DNA of 53,636 nucleotides from the NCBI GenBank assembly GCA_016782445.1, contig JADHYM010000003.1, positions 1 through 53,636 of the forward strand, in the 5' to 3' direction. The notes under the pieces were generated by a model. The model saw only the letters and a list, made by a program, of their open reading frames with translations. It was not told where the DNA came from and did not search any database. This document shows, piece by piece, positions 38,882 through 47,525 of this stretch (position 1 is its first letter; each line of letters opens with the position of its first letter). The translations under genes were made by a program, and so were the position numbers. Origin of the DNA: Candidatus Omnitrophota bacterium (GTDB lineage Bacteria > Omnitrophota > Gorgyraeia > JABMRN01 > RBG-13-46-9).

Positions 38882-39762
38882 AAAAAATTGCCTTCCTTTT
38901 TGCCCCGGCCATCCTATTTGTAACCCCGCTAAATTCTTTTGCTATTGAAGCGCTTCTTATGGATACGTTTGTGGAGATCATTATAAAAGATAAGCGAGCT
39001 GATTCAAAGAAGCTTGAACGCGAGGCAGAAGCTCTTATGAAAAACCTTGAAAAAAAGTTTAATTATCATGAGCCGGAAAGCGAGATTTCGCGTATAAATA
39101 GAATTAGCCCGGGAGAACGCTTCGCGGTTTCCGAAAATATGTACGATGCGCTCACCATCGCAAAAAAGATAAACAAGGCAACGCATGGCGCGTTCGACGC
39201 TGCGCTTGGGACAGGAATTTGGAGCCTTGATCCCGGGACCCGGGAAATTTTTTTTGATACGGAGAGCGTAAATCTAAATCTCGGCGGTTTCGCCAAGGGG
39301 TTTATCGTAGATGAGGGAATAAAATTTTTGGCCGCACGAGGCGTTGAAAACGCGATGATAAATGCCGGGGGAGACTTGTATTGCCTGGGCGATTCGGACG
39401 GAGAGGCCGGCGGCTGGAATATAGGAATACGCGATCCGCTTGAACCCAAAAGGATAATCGCGAGTTTCACTGTGCGGAATGAGGGCGTCGCGACTTCAGG
39501 TGATTACGAGCGCCACGGTCACATCGTTGATCCCCACACGGGTGAGGTTGCAAAGAAAAAAGCCGAAAGTGTGACGGTAGTGGCGAAAGACTGCGCTATC
39601 TCAGATGCCCTGGCCACGGCGCTTTACATTCTCGGCCCGGAAGAGGGCCTGTCGACCGTTGAGGCCATCAAAGGCGCCGAGTGCTATATAATAGGGAAGA
39701 ACGGTGAGACTTACGTCTCGAGCGGGTTCAAGCAAATGGGCTTGACAAAGGTGGGGCAGTAA
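38863..39762 (+). CDS. apbE: FAD:protein FMN transferase (ApbE family)
   Basis: SEISRINR, GGFAKGFIVD, ATSGDYER and HIVDPHTG. Confidence 0.8.
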   Translation: MGKGTIKKIAFLFAPAILFVTPLNSFAIEALLMDTFVEIIIKDKRADSKKLEREAEALMKNLEKKFNYHEPESEISRINRISPGERFAVSENMYDALTIAKKINKATHGAFDAALGTGIWSLDPGTREIFFDTESVNLNLGGFAKGFIVDEGIKFLAARGVENAMINAGGDLYCLGDSDGEAGGWNIGIRDPLEPKRIIASFTVRNEGVATSGDYERHGHIVDPHTGEVAKKKAESVTVVAKDCAISDALATALYILGPEEGLSTVEAIKGAECYIIGKNGETYVSSGFKQMGLTKVGQ

Positions 39763-39788
39763 GATATAAATTACTAAGGCGAAAATTT

Positions 39789-39865
39789 GGCGGGGTAGCT
39801 CAGTTGGTTAGAGCAGTCGGCTCATACCCGGCATGTCGTCGGTTCGAATCCGACCCCCGCTACCA
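39789..39865 (+). tRNA. tRNA with CAU anticodon: elongator Met or Ile2 (lysidine substrate), not initiator
   Basis: Cloverleaf ggcgggg-ta-gctc..gagc-a-gtcgg-CTCATAC-ccggc-atgtc-gtcgg-ttcgaat-ccgac-ccccgct-a-CCA. It has no C1:A72 mismatch and no GGG/CCC anticodon stem, so it is not tRNA-fMet. Confidence 0.85.
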
Positions 39866-39899
39866 AATTTTCGAAGAAAATTTGATCCTGAAACAAAGA

Positions 39900-39931
39900 A
39901 AGAAATGCGCCTATGGAAGCATTTCTTTTTG
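39900..39931 (+). terminator. Rho-independent terminator after tRNA(CAU)
   Basis: aagaaatgc, 10 nt loop, gcatttctt, followed by a T-run. Confidence 0.6.
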
Positions 39932-39950
39932 CTGAAGGGCCTTCCCATAT

Positions 39951-40940
39951 ATGGAATTTGAAAAGCCTATTCTAAAAACAATCCGTGATTATAATATGAT
40001 AAAATCCGGAGACAAGGTTCTGGTTGCCGTCTCAGGCGGGCCGGACTCTGTTTTTCTTCTACATGTTTTGAAGGGGCTCGAGGGCAAGCTTGGCATAAAG
40101 CTTTTTGTCTGTCATCTTGACCATTCTACGCGGGGAAAGGAATCATCTCTGGACGCGAAATTCGTCAGGCGCCTTGCGAAGAAATTGAACCTGCGGGCCG
40201 TAACCGCCAAAATAAAGGAAAAACAATCCTCAAAGAAACTATCAAAGGAAGAATGGCTCAGGGAGAAAAGATATTTATTTTTCAAGCGTTCCGCGCGCAC
40301 GGTAAGGGCAGATGCGATCGCGACCGCACACACAATGGACGACCAGGCCGAAACAGTCATCATGCGCGTCATCAAAGGCTCGTCGATAAAAGGGCTTGTA
40401 GGGGTGCACCCGGTGCGCTTTGAAAATAAAATAAAGTTTATACGCCCGCTCATACGCTTTGAAAAGAAAGAACTTCTGCGTTTTTTAGAAAAAAGCAAAA
40501 TTCCCTATTGCCTGGACCGGACGAATAAAGAAAACGCATTTTTTAGAAACAGGATCCGCAATAAGCTTTTGCCGCATCTTGCGCGGTACAACCCGAGAAT
40601 AAAGAGGTCCCTTTGTAATTTGGCGGAGAGCTTAAAGGAAGACTTTGACTTCATAGCCGGGGAAAAGAAGAAAAGGGCGAGCCTTTTAAAGGGCGAAGGA
40701 CCGGCGCGTTCGATTTGTTTGAGCTCGCTTCTTCTTCAACCCAAGGCCATACAAAAAGAGATGATGCGTGAAACGCTCCTCCTGATGGGGGCTAACGTGA
40801 AAAAACTAACATACAGGCACTGGAAAGATATAGAGGATTTTGTTACTAAAAAAGCGAAAGGCAAATCCCTTGATCTCCCGGACGGCGTGCGGGTCGTTAA
40901 AGCGGAAAACACTATTAACTTCATTAAGCTGTTGCGTTAA
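39951..40940 (+). CDS. tilS: tRNA(Ile)-lysidine synthase
   Basis: PP-loop VAVSGGPDSV and N-type ATP pyrophosphatase architecture. Confidence 0.85.
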   Translation: MEFEKPILKTIRDYNMIKSGDKVLVAVSGGPDSVFLLHVLKGLEGKLGIKLFVCHLDHSTRGKESSLDAKFVRRLAKKLNLRAVTAKIKEKQSSKKLSKEEWLREKRYLFFKRSARTVRADAIATAHTMDDQAETVIMRVIKGSSIKGLVGVHPVRFENKIKFIRPLIRFEKKELLRFLEKSKIPYCLDRTNKENAFFRNRIRNKLLPHLARYNPRIKRSLCNLAESLKEDFDFIAGEKKKRASLLKGEGPARSICLSSLLLQPKAIQKEMMRETLLLMGANVKKLTYRHWKDIEDFVTKKAKGKSLDLPDGVRVVKAENTINFIKLLR

Positions 40941-40971
40941 GCGCTTATATTTGATAAAATAATAAGCTAAT

Positions 40972-42876
40972 ATGAAAAACATCGAAAAACCGAGAAAAGA
41001 AGAAAAAAAGAGTCCCGTTCCGAACGGCCGCAACTTAATACTTGTCGTGCTTATCATTTTCGGTCTTACATACCTGGTGCAGTGGGCGTCGATCACGCTC
41101 GAGAAGCCTCCCCGCGAAATTACGTATAAGGAATTTTTCGATCTCCTGCGCTCTAATCGCTCGGAGACGAAAATAGAGAGCGCCGTAAAAATGGATTCGC
41201 GCGTATTGGGTGCGCTTGCCGACGGTAGCCGCTACACGGTTAACGTTCCTGAAAATGATCCCCTCCTCCTTGAGCTTTTACGTGATAATGTGGGGCAGTT
41301 TGACATAAAGCCGACGAGAACCTTCTGGTCAAACCTATTTTATACCCTGGGGCCGATGATCCTTTTTATCCTGTTTTTATGGTTTTTTATTTACCGCGGA
41401 GCGTCTGCGGGAGGCGGCAGGGGCGTTCTTTCCTTCGGAAAATCCCGCGCGAAACTCGCCACGGAAGAACATCTGCGTATTACCTTTGACGATGTTGCGG
41501 GAGTAGATGAGGCCAAGGATGAGCTAAACGAGGCCATAGAATTTTTAAAGGACCCGCGCAAATTCCAGCGCCTTGGCGGCAAAATGCCGAAGGGCATTCT
41601 TGTCGTGGGCCCGCCGGGGACCGGCAAGACGCTACTTGCCAAGGCCGTAGCGGGTGAGGCAAAGGTGCCGTTTTTTAGTATTTCCGGCTCGGATTTTGTG
41701 GAAATGTTCGTGGGCGTGGGAGCCTCGCGCGTGCGAGACCTTTTCGAACAGGCGAAAAAAAGCGTCAAGGTAACAAAAAAGGGGTGCATTATATTTCTCG
41801 ATGAGATCGATGCTGTCGGAAGGCAGCGTTTTGCCGGGATAGGTGGGGGACACGACGAAAGGGAACAGACCCTGAACGCTTTGCTTGTCGAAATGGACGG
41901 TTTTGATACGCAAGCAGGCGTAATTCTAATCGCCGCGACCAACAGGCCAGACGTTCTCGACCCGGCGCTCCTTCGGCCCGGAAGATTTGACCGGCATATA
42001 GTAATAGACAGGCCCGACATTGTCGGAAGAGAGGCTATTTTAAAGGTACACACAAGAAATATGAAACTCGACAAGAACGTTGACTTAAAAAGGGTCGCCA
42101 GCCAGACGCCGGGATTTTCCGGAGCGGACCTCGCGAATCTGGTAAACGAAGCCGCGCTCCTCGGCGCGCGGAAAAATCGTGAGGCGATCGTGCAAGAGGA
42201 CCTCGAAGAATCAATAGAGCGTGTCATGGCCGGGCCGCAGCGCAAATCACGCGTCATAACGAAAGAAGAAAAACAAATAATCGCATATCACGAATCAGGG
42301 CACGCGCTTCTTTCCCTTGTAACGCCTGACGCAGACCCGATGCACAAAGTTACGATAATCTCGCGGGGCATGGCTCTCGGTTATACGTTTAGCCCGCCTA
42401 AGCAGGACCGCTATATCACGACAGAGCAACAAATGGTAGCGAAACTTATAGTTGCTTTAGGTGGAAGAGCAGCGGAAGAGATTGCGTTCAAGCAGCTCTC
42501 GACCGGCGCGCACAACGACCTCACGGTTGTGTCGGAACTGGCGCGGGACATGGTCACGCAGTTCGGAATGAGCGAACTACTTGGCCATCTTACATATGGA
42601 AAAAGACATGAGCAGATATTCCTCGGGAGGGATATACACGAAGAAAAAAACTATAGCAATGAGACAGCCACGCTTATAGACCAAGAAGTAAAGCGCATTG
42701 TGGATGAGTGCTATGTTAAGGCGAAGAAAGAGCTTGTCCGGAGCAAAGCAGGGCTTAAAAAACTCGCGGATACACTGCTCGAAAAAGAAGTCATAGGTGA
42801 TTGCGAGGCACGCAAAATACTGGGCCTTAAAGACGAGGAAAAACATGGAGATTCAGGAGAAGTCAAGAGCGCATAA
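40972..42876 (+). CDS. ftsH: ATP-dependent zinc metalloprotease FtsH
   Basis: Two TM segments, AAA+ motifs GPPGTGKT and IIFLDEIDA, and zinc site HESGHAL. Confidence 0.95.
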   Translation: MKNIEKPRKEEKKSPVPNGRNLILVVLIIFGLTYLVQWASITLEKPPREITYKEFFDLLRSNRSETKIESAVKMDSRVLGALADGSRYTVNVPENDPLLLELLRDNVGQFDIKPTRTFWSNLFYTLGPMILFILFLWFFIYRGASAGGGRGVLSFGKSRAKLATEEHLRITFDDVAGVDEAKDELNEAIEFLKDPRKFQRLGGKMPKGILVVGPPGTGKTLLAKAVAGEAKVPFFSISGSDFVEMFVGVGASRVRDLFEQAKKSVKVTKKGCIIFLDEIDAVGRQRFAGIGGGHDEREQTLNALLVEMDGFDTQAGVILIAATNRPDVLDPALLRPGRFDRHIVIDRPDIVGREAILKVHTRNMKLDKNVDLKRVASQTPGFSGADLANLVNEAALLGARKNREAIVQEDLEESIERVMAGPQRKSRVITKEEKQIIAYHESGHALLSLVTPDADPMHKVTIISRGMALGYTFSPPKQDRYITTEQQMVAKLIVALGGRAAEEIAFKQLSTGAHNDLTVVSELARDMVTQFGMSELLGHLTYGKRHEQIFLGRDIHEEKNYSNETATLIDQEVKRIVDECYVKAKKELVRSKAGLKKLADTLLEKEVIGDCEARKILGLKDEEKHGDSGEVKSA

Positions 42877-43717
42877 AATCGTTTGCGGGCGGCTTGTGTT
42901 GGAGCCCGGCAGGCGGACATATATAATGGGCGTTTTAAACAGAACGCCGGATTCTTTTTCAGACGGCGGGGAATATTTCGATGAAGCTGTTGCGCTTGGC
43001 CGCGCTCAACAGATGGCCGAAGAGGGCGCCGACATAATCGACATAGGCGGAGAGTCCACGAGGCCCGGCGCGGATCCTGTAAGCGTGGAAGAGGAATTGA
43101 ATCGCGTCGCTTCAGTAATCGAAAAAGCATCCCGCATCGTGGCCTGCCCGATTTCAGTCGATACCTATAAACATGAAGTGGCACGGGAGGCGTTGCGTAA
43201 AGGCGCGAGCCTTATTAATGACATAACCGGTTTAAAAGGCGACCCTCTCATGGCCGGCGTCATTGCGCAATACGGAGCCGCGGTTGTTCTCATGCATATA
43301 AAAGGTACTCCGAAGGATATGCAAGAAAATCCTTTCTACGAAGACCTCATTGGTGAGATAATATATTCGCTTGGTGAGTCCATTGACATTGCTCTTCGTG
43401 CGGGAATAGACCCTGCGAAGATCATAATCGACCCGGGTATAGGCTTCGGGAAAACAGCCCCGCAGAATCTCAAGATATTAGCGAGGCTGGGTGAGCTAAA
43501 GGCTCTCGCCAAGCCCATACTGATAGGTGTATCGAGAAAGTCGTTCATAGGCTCGGTGCTCGGCAAGGCTGCTAATGACCGTCTCTTCGGAACTTCCGCG
43601 GCGTGCGCCGCAGCGATCATGAACGGAGCCGATATACTGCGTGTTCACGATGTCACTGAGATTCGGGATACCGCGCGCGTGATAGACGCTATAAAGAGAG
43701 AAAGAAATGTTTTATAG
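42845..43717 (+). CDS. folP: Dihydropteroate synthase
   Basis: GVLNRTPDSFSDGG, DIGGESTRPG and GVSRKSF. Start chosen at ATG 42845. Confidence 0.9.
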   Translation: MEIQEKSRAHKIVCGRLVLEPGRRTYIMGVLNRTPDSFSDGGEYFDEAVALGRAQQMAEEGADIIDIGGESTRPGADPVSVEEELNRVASVIEKASRIVACPISVDTYKHEVAREALRKGASLINDITGLKGDPLMAGVIAQYGAAVVLMHIKGTPKDMQENPFYEDLIGEIIYSLGESIDIALRAGIDPAKIIIDPGIGFGKTAPQNLKILARLGELKALAKPILIGVSRKSFIGSVLGKAANDRLFGTSAACAAAIMNGADILRVHDVTEIRDTARVIDAIKRERNVL

Positions 43718-44516
43718 CTTTATAGAGATTGCCAAGTTTCTCGTAGAGATAGCGATACTCTGGTTTGTGTTCTACATGCTCCTCCTTTTTATAAAGGGGA
43801 CGAGGGCCGTCCAGGTGCTTAAAGGAATAGTTATCATTCTCATCATCTTCCTTGTTACCAAAGAGCTTAAATTCGAGACGATAAATTGGATTCTGGCAAA
43901 GCTTCTCACGATATCGGTTATCGCGTTCGTTATCATATTCCAGCCGGAATTAAGAAGGGGTTTAGCGCGTATAGGCCAGTTTGGCATATTCTCGGGTCAG
44001 GAGGCAACGCTTGATGAAATTGCAAAAGCCGCGTTCATTCTTTCCAAGAAAAAGGTCGGTGCGCTTATCGCGATAGAGAGAGAAATAGGCCTGAAGCCAT
44101 ATATTGAGAGCGGCATATTGCTCGAGAGTCGGGTAACGAGCGAGCTCCTTACGACAATATTCGCGCCGAATACGGCGCTTCATGACGGCGGTGTAGTTGT
44201 CCAGGGCTCGATAGTAGCCGCCGCCGGGTGTCTTTTTCCTCTTACCCAGAATCCCCATGTTTCCGGCTCTCTTGGAACGCGCCACAGAGCAGCGATAGGC
44301 CTTACGGAAGAAACAGACGCCGTCTGTATAGTAGTGAGCGAGGAGACAGGCGACATATCCATAGCGACAAACGGTAAGTTAAACAGGCACCTTAACGAAA
44401 AGGACCTTGAGAAGGCGCTCAGCAATATTTTTAGGCCGCGTAAAAACAAAAAATCAATATTTGATTTATGGAACAGGCTCGCCTCGCGGGTTGGCTCCGG
44501 CACGGACGAACAATGA
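43707..44516 (+). CDS. cdaA: Diadenylate cyclase CdaA
   Basis: Three N-terminal TM helices plus DAC domain motifs ALHDGGVVV, GTRHRAA and VSEETG. Confidence 0.9.
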   Translation: MFYSFIEIAKFLVEIAILWFVFYMLLLFIKGTRAVQVLKGIVIILIIFLVTKELKFETINWILAKLLTISVIAFVIIFQPELRRGLARIGQFGIFSGQEATLDEIAKAAFILSKKKVGALIAIEREIGLKPYIESGILLESRVTSELLTTIFAPNTALHDGGVVVQGSIVAAAGCLFPLTQNPHVSGSLGTRHRAAIGLTEETDAVCIVVSEETGDISIATNGKLNRHLNEKDLEKALSNIFRPRKNKKSIFDLWNRLASRVGSGTDEQ

Positions 44517-44947
44517 AAATAAAAAATAAGTTACTTAACAACATGGGATTCAAGGCACTGGCGCTTTTTTTCGCGCTGGCCACCTGGTTTTACGTTGGCG
44601 AAGCAAACAAAGAAGACACCTCAAAAACAGCGTTCGAGAAGATCTTCATGCCGAAAAACTACATGGCGAAAACGCTTTTTGTAAAGCCGGTTTTTATCGG
44701 TAAGGTACCCGAAGGATACCGGTTAATCGATCAGAAGCTCGAGATTTCGCCCGGTAACGTGCTTGTCGTGGCCCCCGTAAAGATTCTTTCCCGTAAGGAG
44801 TTTATATACACGGAGCCTATCGACTTGAGTGAATATACTAAAACCAAGCTTCTAAATGTTGGGTTAAGAAGTTTTTCGTCTTCCGTTAAGGTCGAAAGCG
44901 CTACTGTTAGGGTGCTCTTGCCAATAGAGAAGAATCGCGAAGAGTAA
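44513..44947 (+). CDS. YbbR-domain protein (CdaR-like regulator, single repeat)
   Basis: ATGA overlap with the cdaA stop, a TM anchor, and a YbbR-like pattern VKPVFIGKVPEGYRLIDQKLEISPGNVLVVAPVKIL...IDLS. Confidence 0.6.
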   Translation: MKIKNKLLNNMGFKALALFFALATWFYVGEANKEDTSKTAFEKIFMPKNYMAKTLFVKPVFIGKVPEGYRLIDQKLEISPGNVLVVAPVKILSRKEFIYTEPIDLSEYTKTKLLNVGLRSFSSSVKVESATVRVLLPIEKNREE

Positions 44948-44949
44948 AG

Positions 44950-45660
44950 ATGGAGCTTGGAGTAAACATAGATCATGTCGCGACTCTAAGAGAGGCCCGT
45001 CGCATCGACATTCCGGATCCCATTGCGGCCGCGCGTTTTTCCGAACTCGGAGGGGCTGATTCCATCGTGTGCCACCTCAGGGAAGACAGGCGGCACATAC
45101 AGGATAGAGATTTACGCCGCCTTAAAAAAAGTGTATCTGTCAAGCTTAACCTCGAGATGGCCGCTTCCCAAGATATAGTAGAAATAGCGTGCGCAGTGCG
45201 GCCGGACCAGGCTACTCTTGTTCCGGAGAAAAGAAGAGAGCTTACAACCGAGGGAGGGCTGGACGTTATCGGCGGGAGCAAAAGGATCACCCGCGTTATA
45301 AAAAAACTGGACGCCGCTCGTATAAAAGTGAGTCTTTTTATCGATCCCGATAGGCATCAAATAAAAGCCGCACGCTCAGCCGGCGTGAGAATGGTAGAAC
45401 TCCATGCGGGTAACTATGCCAGTGCCCGGGGCGCGAGAAATATAAAAAAGGAATATTCTGTTTTAAGGAAAGCCGCGCGTTACGGCAAGTCCATAGGATT
45501 GAAGGTCTTTGCCGGTCACGGGCTTAATTACGCTAACATCAAGCGTCTTTTGCCGATAAAAGAAATCGAAGAGTATAATATAGGCCACTCTATTGTCGCG
45601 CGGGCAGTGTTCGTAGGGATCGAAAAAGCCGTGAGGGAGATGAAGGCGCTAATATCATGA
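44950..45660 (+). CDS. pdxJ: Pyridoxine 5'-phosphate synthase
   Basis: LGVNIDHVATLREAR, HLREDRRHI and GHGLNYAN. Confidence 0.9.
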   Translation: MELGVNIDHVATLREARRIDIPDPIAAARFSELGGADSIVCHLREDRRHIQDRDLRRLKKSVSVKLNLEMAASQDIVEIACAVRPDQATLVPEKRRELTTEGGLDVIGGSKRITRVIKKLDAARIKVSLFIDPDRHQIKAARSAGVRMVELHAGNYASARGARNIKKEYSVLRKAARYGKSIGLKVFAGHGLNYANIKRLLPIKEIEEYNIGHSIVARAVFVGIEKAVREMKALIS

Positions 45661-46064
45661 TAGTCGGGACCGGCATAGACATAGTTGAAATATCGCGCTT
45701 TCGCCTCGCGAAGAAGAAGTGGGGCCGGAATTTTATCCAGAAGATCTTTACGGAAGGCGAAATAGAATATTCCAAAAAAAGGCGCTTTCAGGACCAGCAT
45801 TTCGCGGCGCGCTTCGCGGCGAAGGAAGCGGTTTTAAAGGCATTTGGCGACAAACTCTCCAGTATACGGAACTGGCAGGACATAGAGGTCTTGAACGACA
45901 AAAGCGGCAGGCCCTACATAAAATTTCATCGTAGCGCCAAAGAGCTGAAGGCCAAAGAAAAAATAAAAGATGTTGTGGTTAGCATGGCGCATTGCAGGGA
46001 GCACGCCGTCGCTAACGCTATCCTGATTTCAGAAGACAGAAAACAGAAGACAGAAGACAGATAG
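45657..46064 (+). CDS. acpS: Holo-[acyl-carrier-protein] synthase
   Basis: GTGIDIVEISRF and FAAKEAVLKA. Confidence 0.85.
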   Translation: MIVGTGIDIVEISRFRLAKKKWGRNFIQKIFTEGEIEYSKKRRFQDQHFAARFAAKEAVLKAFGDKLSSIRNWQDIEVLNDKSGRPYIKFHRSAKELKAKEKIKDVVVSMAHCREHAVANAILISEDRKQKTEDR

Positions 46065-46122
46065 TTTTTCTGTCTTCTGACCTCCGACTTCTGTTATCTG
46101 AACGGGACAAGGGGAGAATTAA

Positions 46123-46980
46123 ATGGTAAAGCAACATATAGCTAAGATACCTACAAGGGGAGAAGATACGCAGAAAGGCGACTTTGGGCACGTGTTTGTT
46201 CTGGCAGGCTCAGCCGGTATGACAGGTGCGGCGTATCTTACTTCGCAGGCTGCAATCCGTTCGGGAAGCGGGCTTGTAACCTGCGGAATCCCAAAGAGTC
46301 TAAACCTCGTTATGGAAGCGAAGCTTACCGAGGTTATGACGCTTCCGCTTCCGGAAGCGAAAGGGCAGGCCCTTTGCTTTGCGGCTCTTGAGAAAATAGT
46401 TTCATTTTCAGAAAAAATAAATTCTCTCGCCGTGGGACCCGGAATATCGCGCAATAAAGACACGGGGAAACTCGTGCGGGAAGTAATAAAGAAGGTAAAC
46501 AGGCCTCTCGTGCTTGATGCGGATGGTATAGTTTCCATTGTAGGAAAGTGCGATCTTTTACAAAAACGAAAAGCCCCTACGATTCTTACTCCGCATCCGG
46601 GAGAAATGGCGCGTCTTCTCGGGAAAGCGACTGAATTTGTACAAGCTGCGCGCGTAAAACTTGCGAAAGATTTCGCTAAAAAACATAAAGTCGTTCTTGT
46701 TCTTAAGGGATATCGAACTATTGTAGCGAGTCCGAAGGGCGAGATTTATTTAAACGAAACCGGAAACTCCGGCATGTCAACTGCCGGAGTCGGGGACGTT
46801 CTTACGGGCATGATAGCGAGTTTCGTCGGACAGGGGATAGAGGCCTATAGCGCGGCAGTTATCGGAACATACCTGCATGGTAAGGCCGGCGACCTGGCCT
46901 CACGCGATAAAGGCCAATTCGGCATGATCGCGAGCGATCTTTTAGAAAAGCTCCCGGAAGCGATAATAGAAGAAGTTTAA
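46123..46980 (+). CDS. nnrD: ADP-dependent NAD(P)H-hydrate dehydratase (YjeF C-terminal type)
   Basis: KGDFGHVFVLAGSAGMTGAAYL, LTPHPGE and GMSTAGVGDVLTG. Confidence 0.85.
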   Translation: MVKQHIAKIPTRGEDTQKGDFGHVFVLAGSAGMTGAAYLTSQAAIRSGSGLVTCGIPKSLNLVMEAKLTEVMTLPLPEAKGQALCFAALEKIVSFSEKINSLAVGPGISRNKDTGKLVREVIKKVNRPLVLDADGIVSIVGKCDLLQKRKAPTILTPHPGEMARLLGKATEFVQAARVKLAKDFAKKHKVVLVLKGYRTIVASPKGEIYLNETGNSGMSTAGVGDVLTGMIASFVGQGIEAYSAAVIGTYLHGKAGDLASRDKGQFGMIASDLLEKLPEAIIEEV

Positions 46981-47002
46981 GCCGGGGCAGCAAGATAGAT
47001 TT

Positions 47003-47075
47003 GCCGAGGTAGCTCAGCTGGTAGAGCAGGGGTTTTGTAAACCTCAGGTCGCTGGTTCGATCCCAGTCCTCGGCT
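47003..47075 (+). tRNA. tRNA-Thr (UGU)
   Basis: gccgagg-ta-gctc..gagc-a-ggggt-TTTGTAA-acctc-aggtc-gctgg-ttcgatc-ccagt-cctcggc-t. No CCA is encoded. Confidence 0.9.
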
Positions 47076-47089
47076 CGTATTTGAAATTC

Positions 47090-47175
47090 GGGGAGATGGC
47101 AGAGTAGTCAAATGCACCAGACTGTAAATCTGGCGACTTCGGTCTACGAAGGTGCGAATCCTTCTCTCCCCACCA
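47090..47175 (+). tRNA. tRNA-Tyr (GUA), long variable arm
   Basis: ggggaga...cagaCTGTAAAtctg..., a long variable arm (gcgacttcggtctac), a T arm, then tctcccc-a-CCA. Confidence 0.9.
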
Positions 47176-47298
47176 TTCTACTTCGCCCCATTGCTTACGC
47201 GTGGGGCTTCGTAGGAATTACAACGTTAGCGAAGTAGAATGTTGTTCCTTCGAAGCCATGAGCGAAAGCATCATGGCGAAGAAGAACCATATTCAAAT
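47176..47298 (+). ncRNA. Candidate structured RNA tail of the tRNA-Thr/Tyr transcript
   Basis: Stem ttctacttcgc (47176-47186) pairs with gcgaagtagaa (47229-47239) and encloses the ccccA..Tgggg hairpin. A second ~15 bp interrupted hairpin spans 47244-47287. The terminator follows at 47299. Confidence 0.35.
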
Positions 47299-47328
47299 GG
47301 AAATGAATACAAATCATTTCCCTTTTTT
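47299..47328 (+). terminator. Rho-independent terminator of the tRNA-Thr/Tyr unit
   Basis: ggaaatga, 7 nt loop, tcatttcc, then c-TTTTTT. Confidence 0.7.
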
Positions 47329-47388
47329 ATATGGGTATCGCCTACGCGATGGGGAATGTTAGGAGATAAAAAAGTGACATTGATTTGA

Positions 47389-47417
47389 TTGACGGTTGAC
47401 AAGTTTTAGCGTATAAT
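47389..47417 (+). promoter_or_regulatory. Promoter of the 1605-aa ORF
   Basis: TTGACG (47389-47394), 17 nt spacer, TATAAT (47412-47417). The predicted leader is about 100 nt. Confidence 0.6.
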
Positions 47418-47525
47418 ATACTCAAGACGCGAGTAAACCTTCTGCTTCGTAATATAAGGAGAAAGCCGGAGGTATTTTTTTGAAACTTTTGTTAGTGCTT
47501 AAAAAAGTCAAAAAGGAGCTATTAG

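Noticed and set aside
41391-42257. 288-aa minus-strand ORF (with nested smaller ones) inside ftsH
   Set aside because: It is antisense to a highly conserved gene. The translation is low-complexity (Ser/Arg/Pro-rich) and has no start context. It is a typical shadow ORF.
47251-47357. 35-codon ORF (MSESIMAKKNHIQMEMNTNHFPFLYGYRLRDGEC) in the tRNA-Tyr downstream region
   Set aside because: It has no Shine-Dalgarno, it spans the terminator hairpin, and it is better explained as RNA structure.
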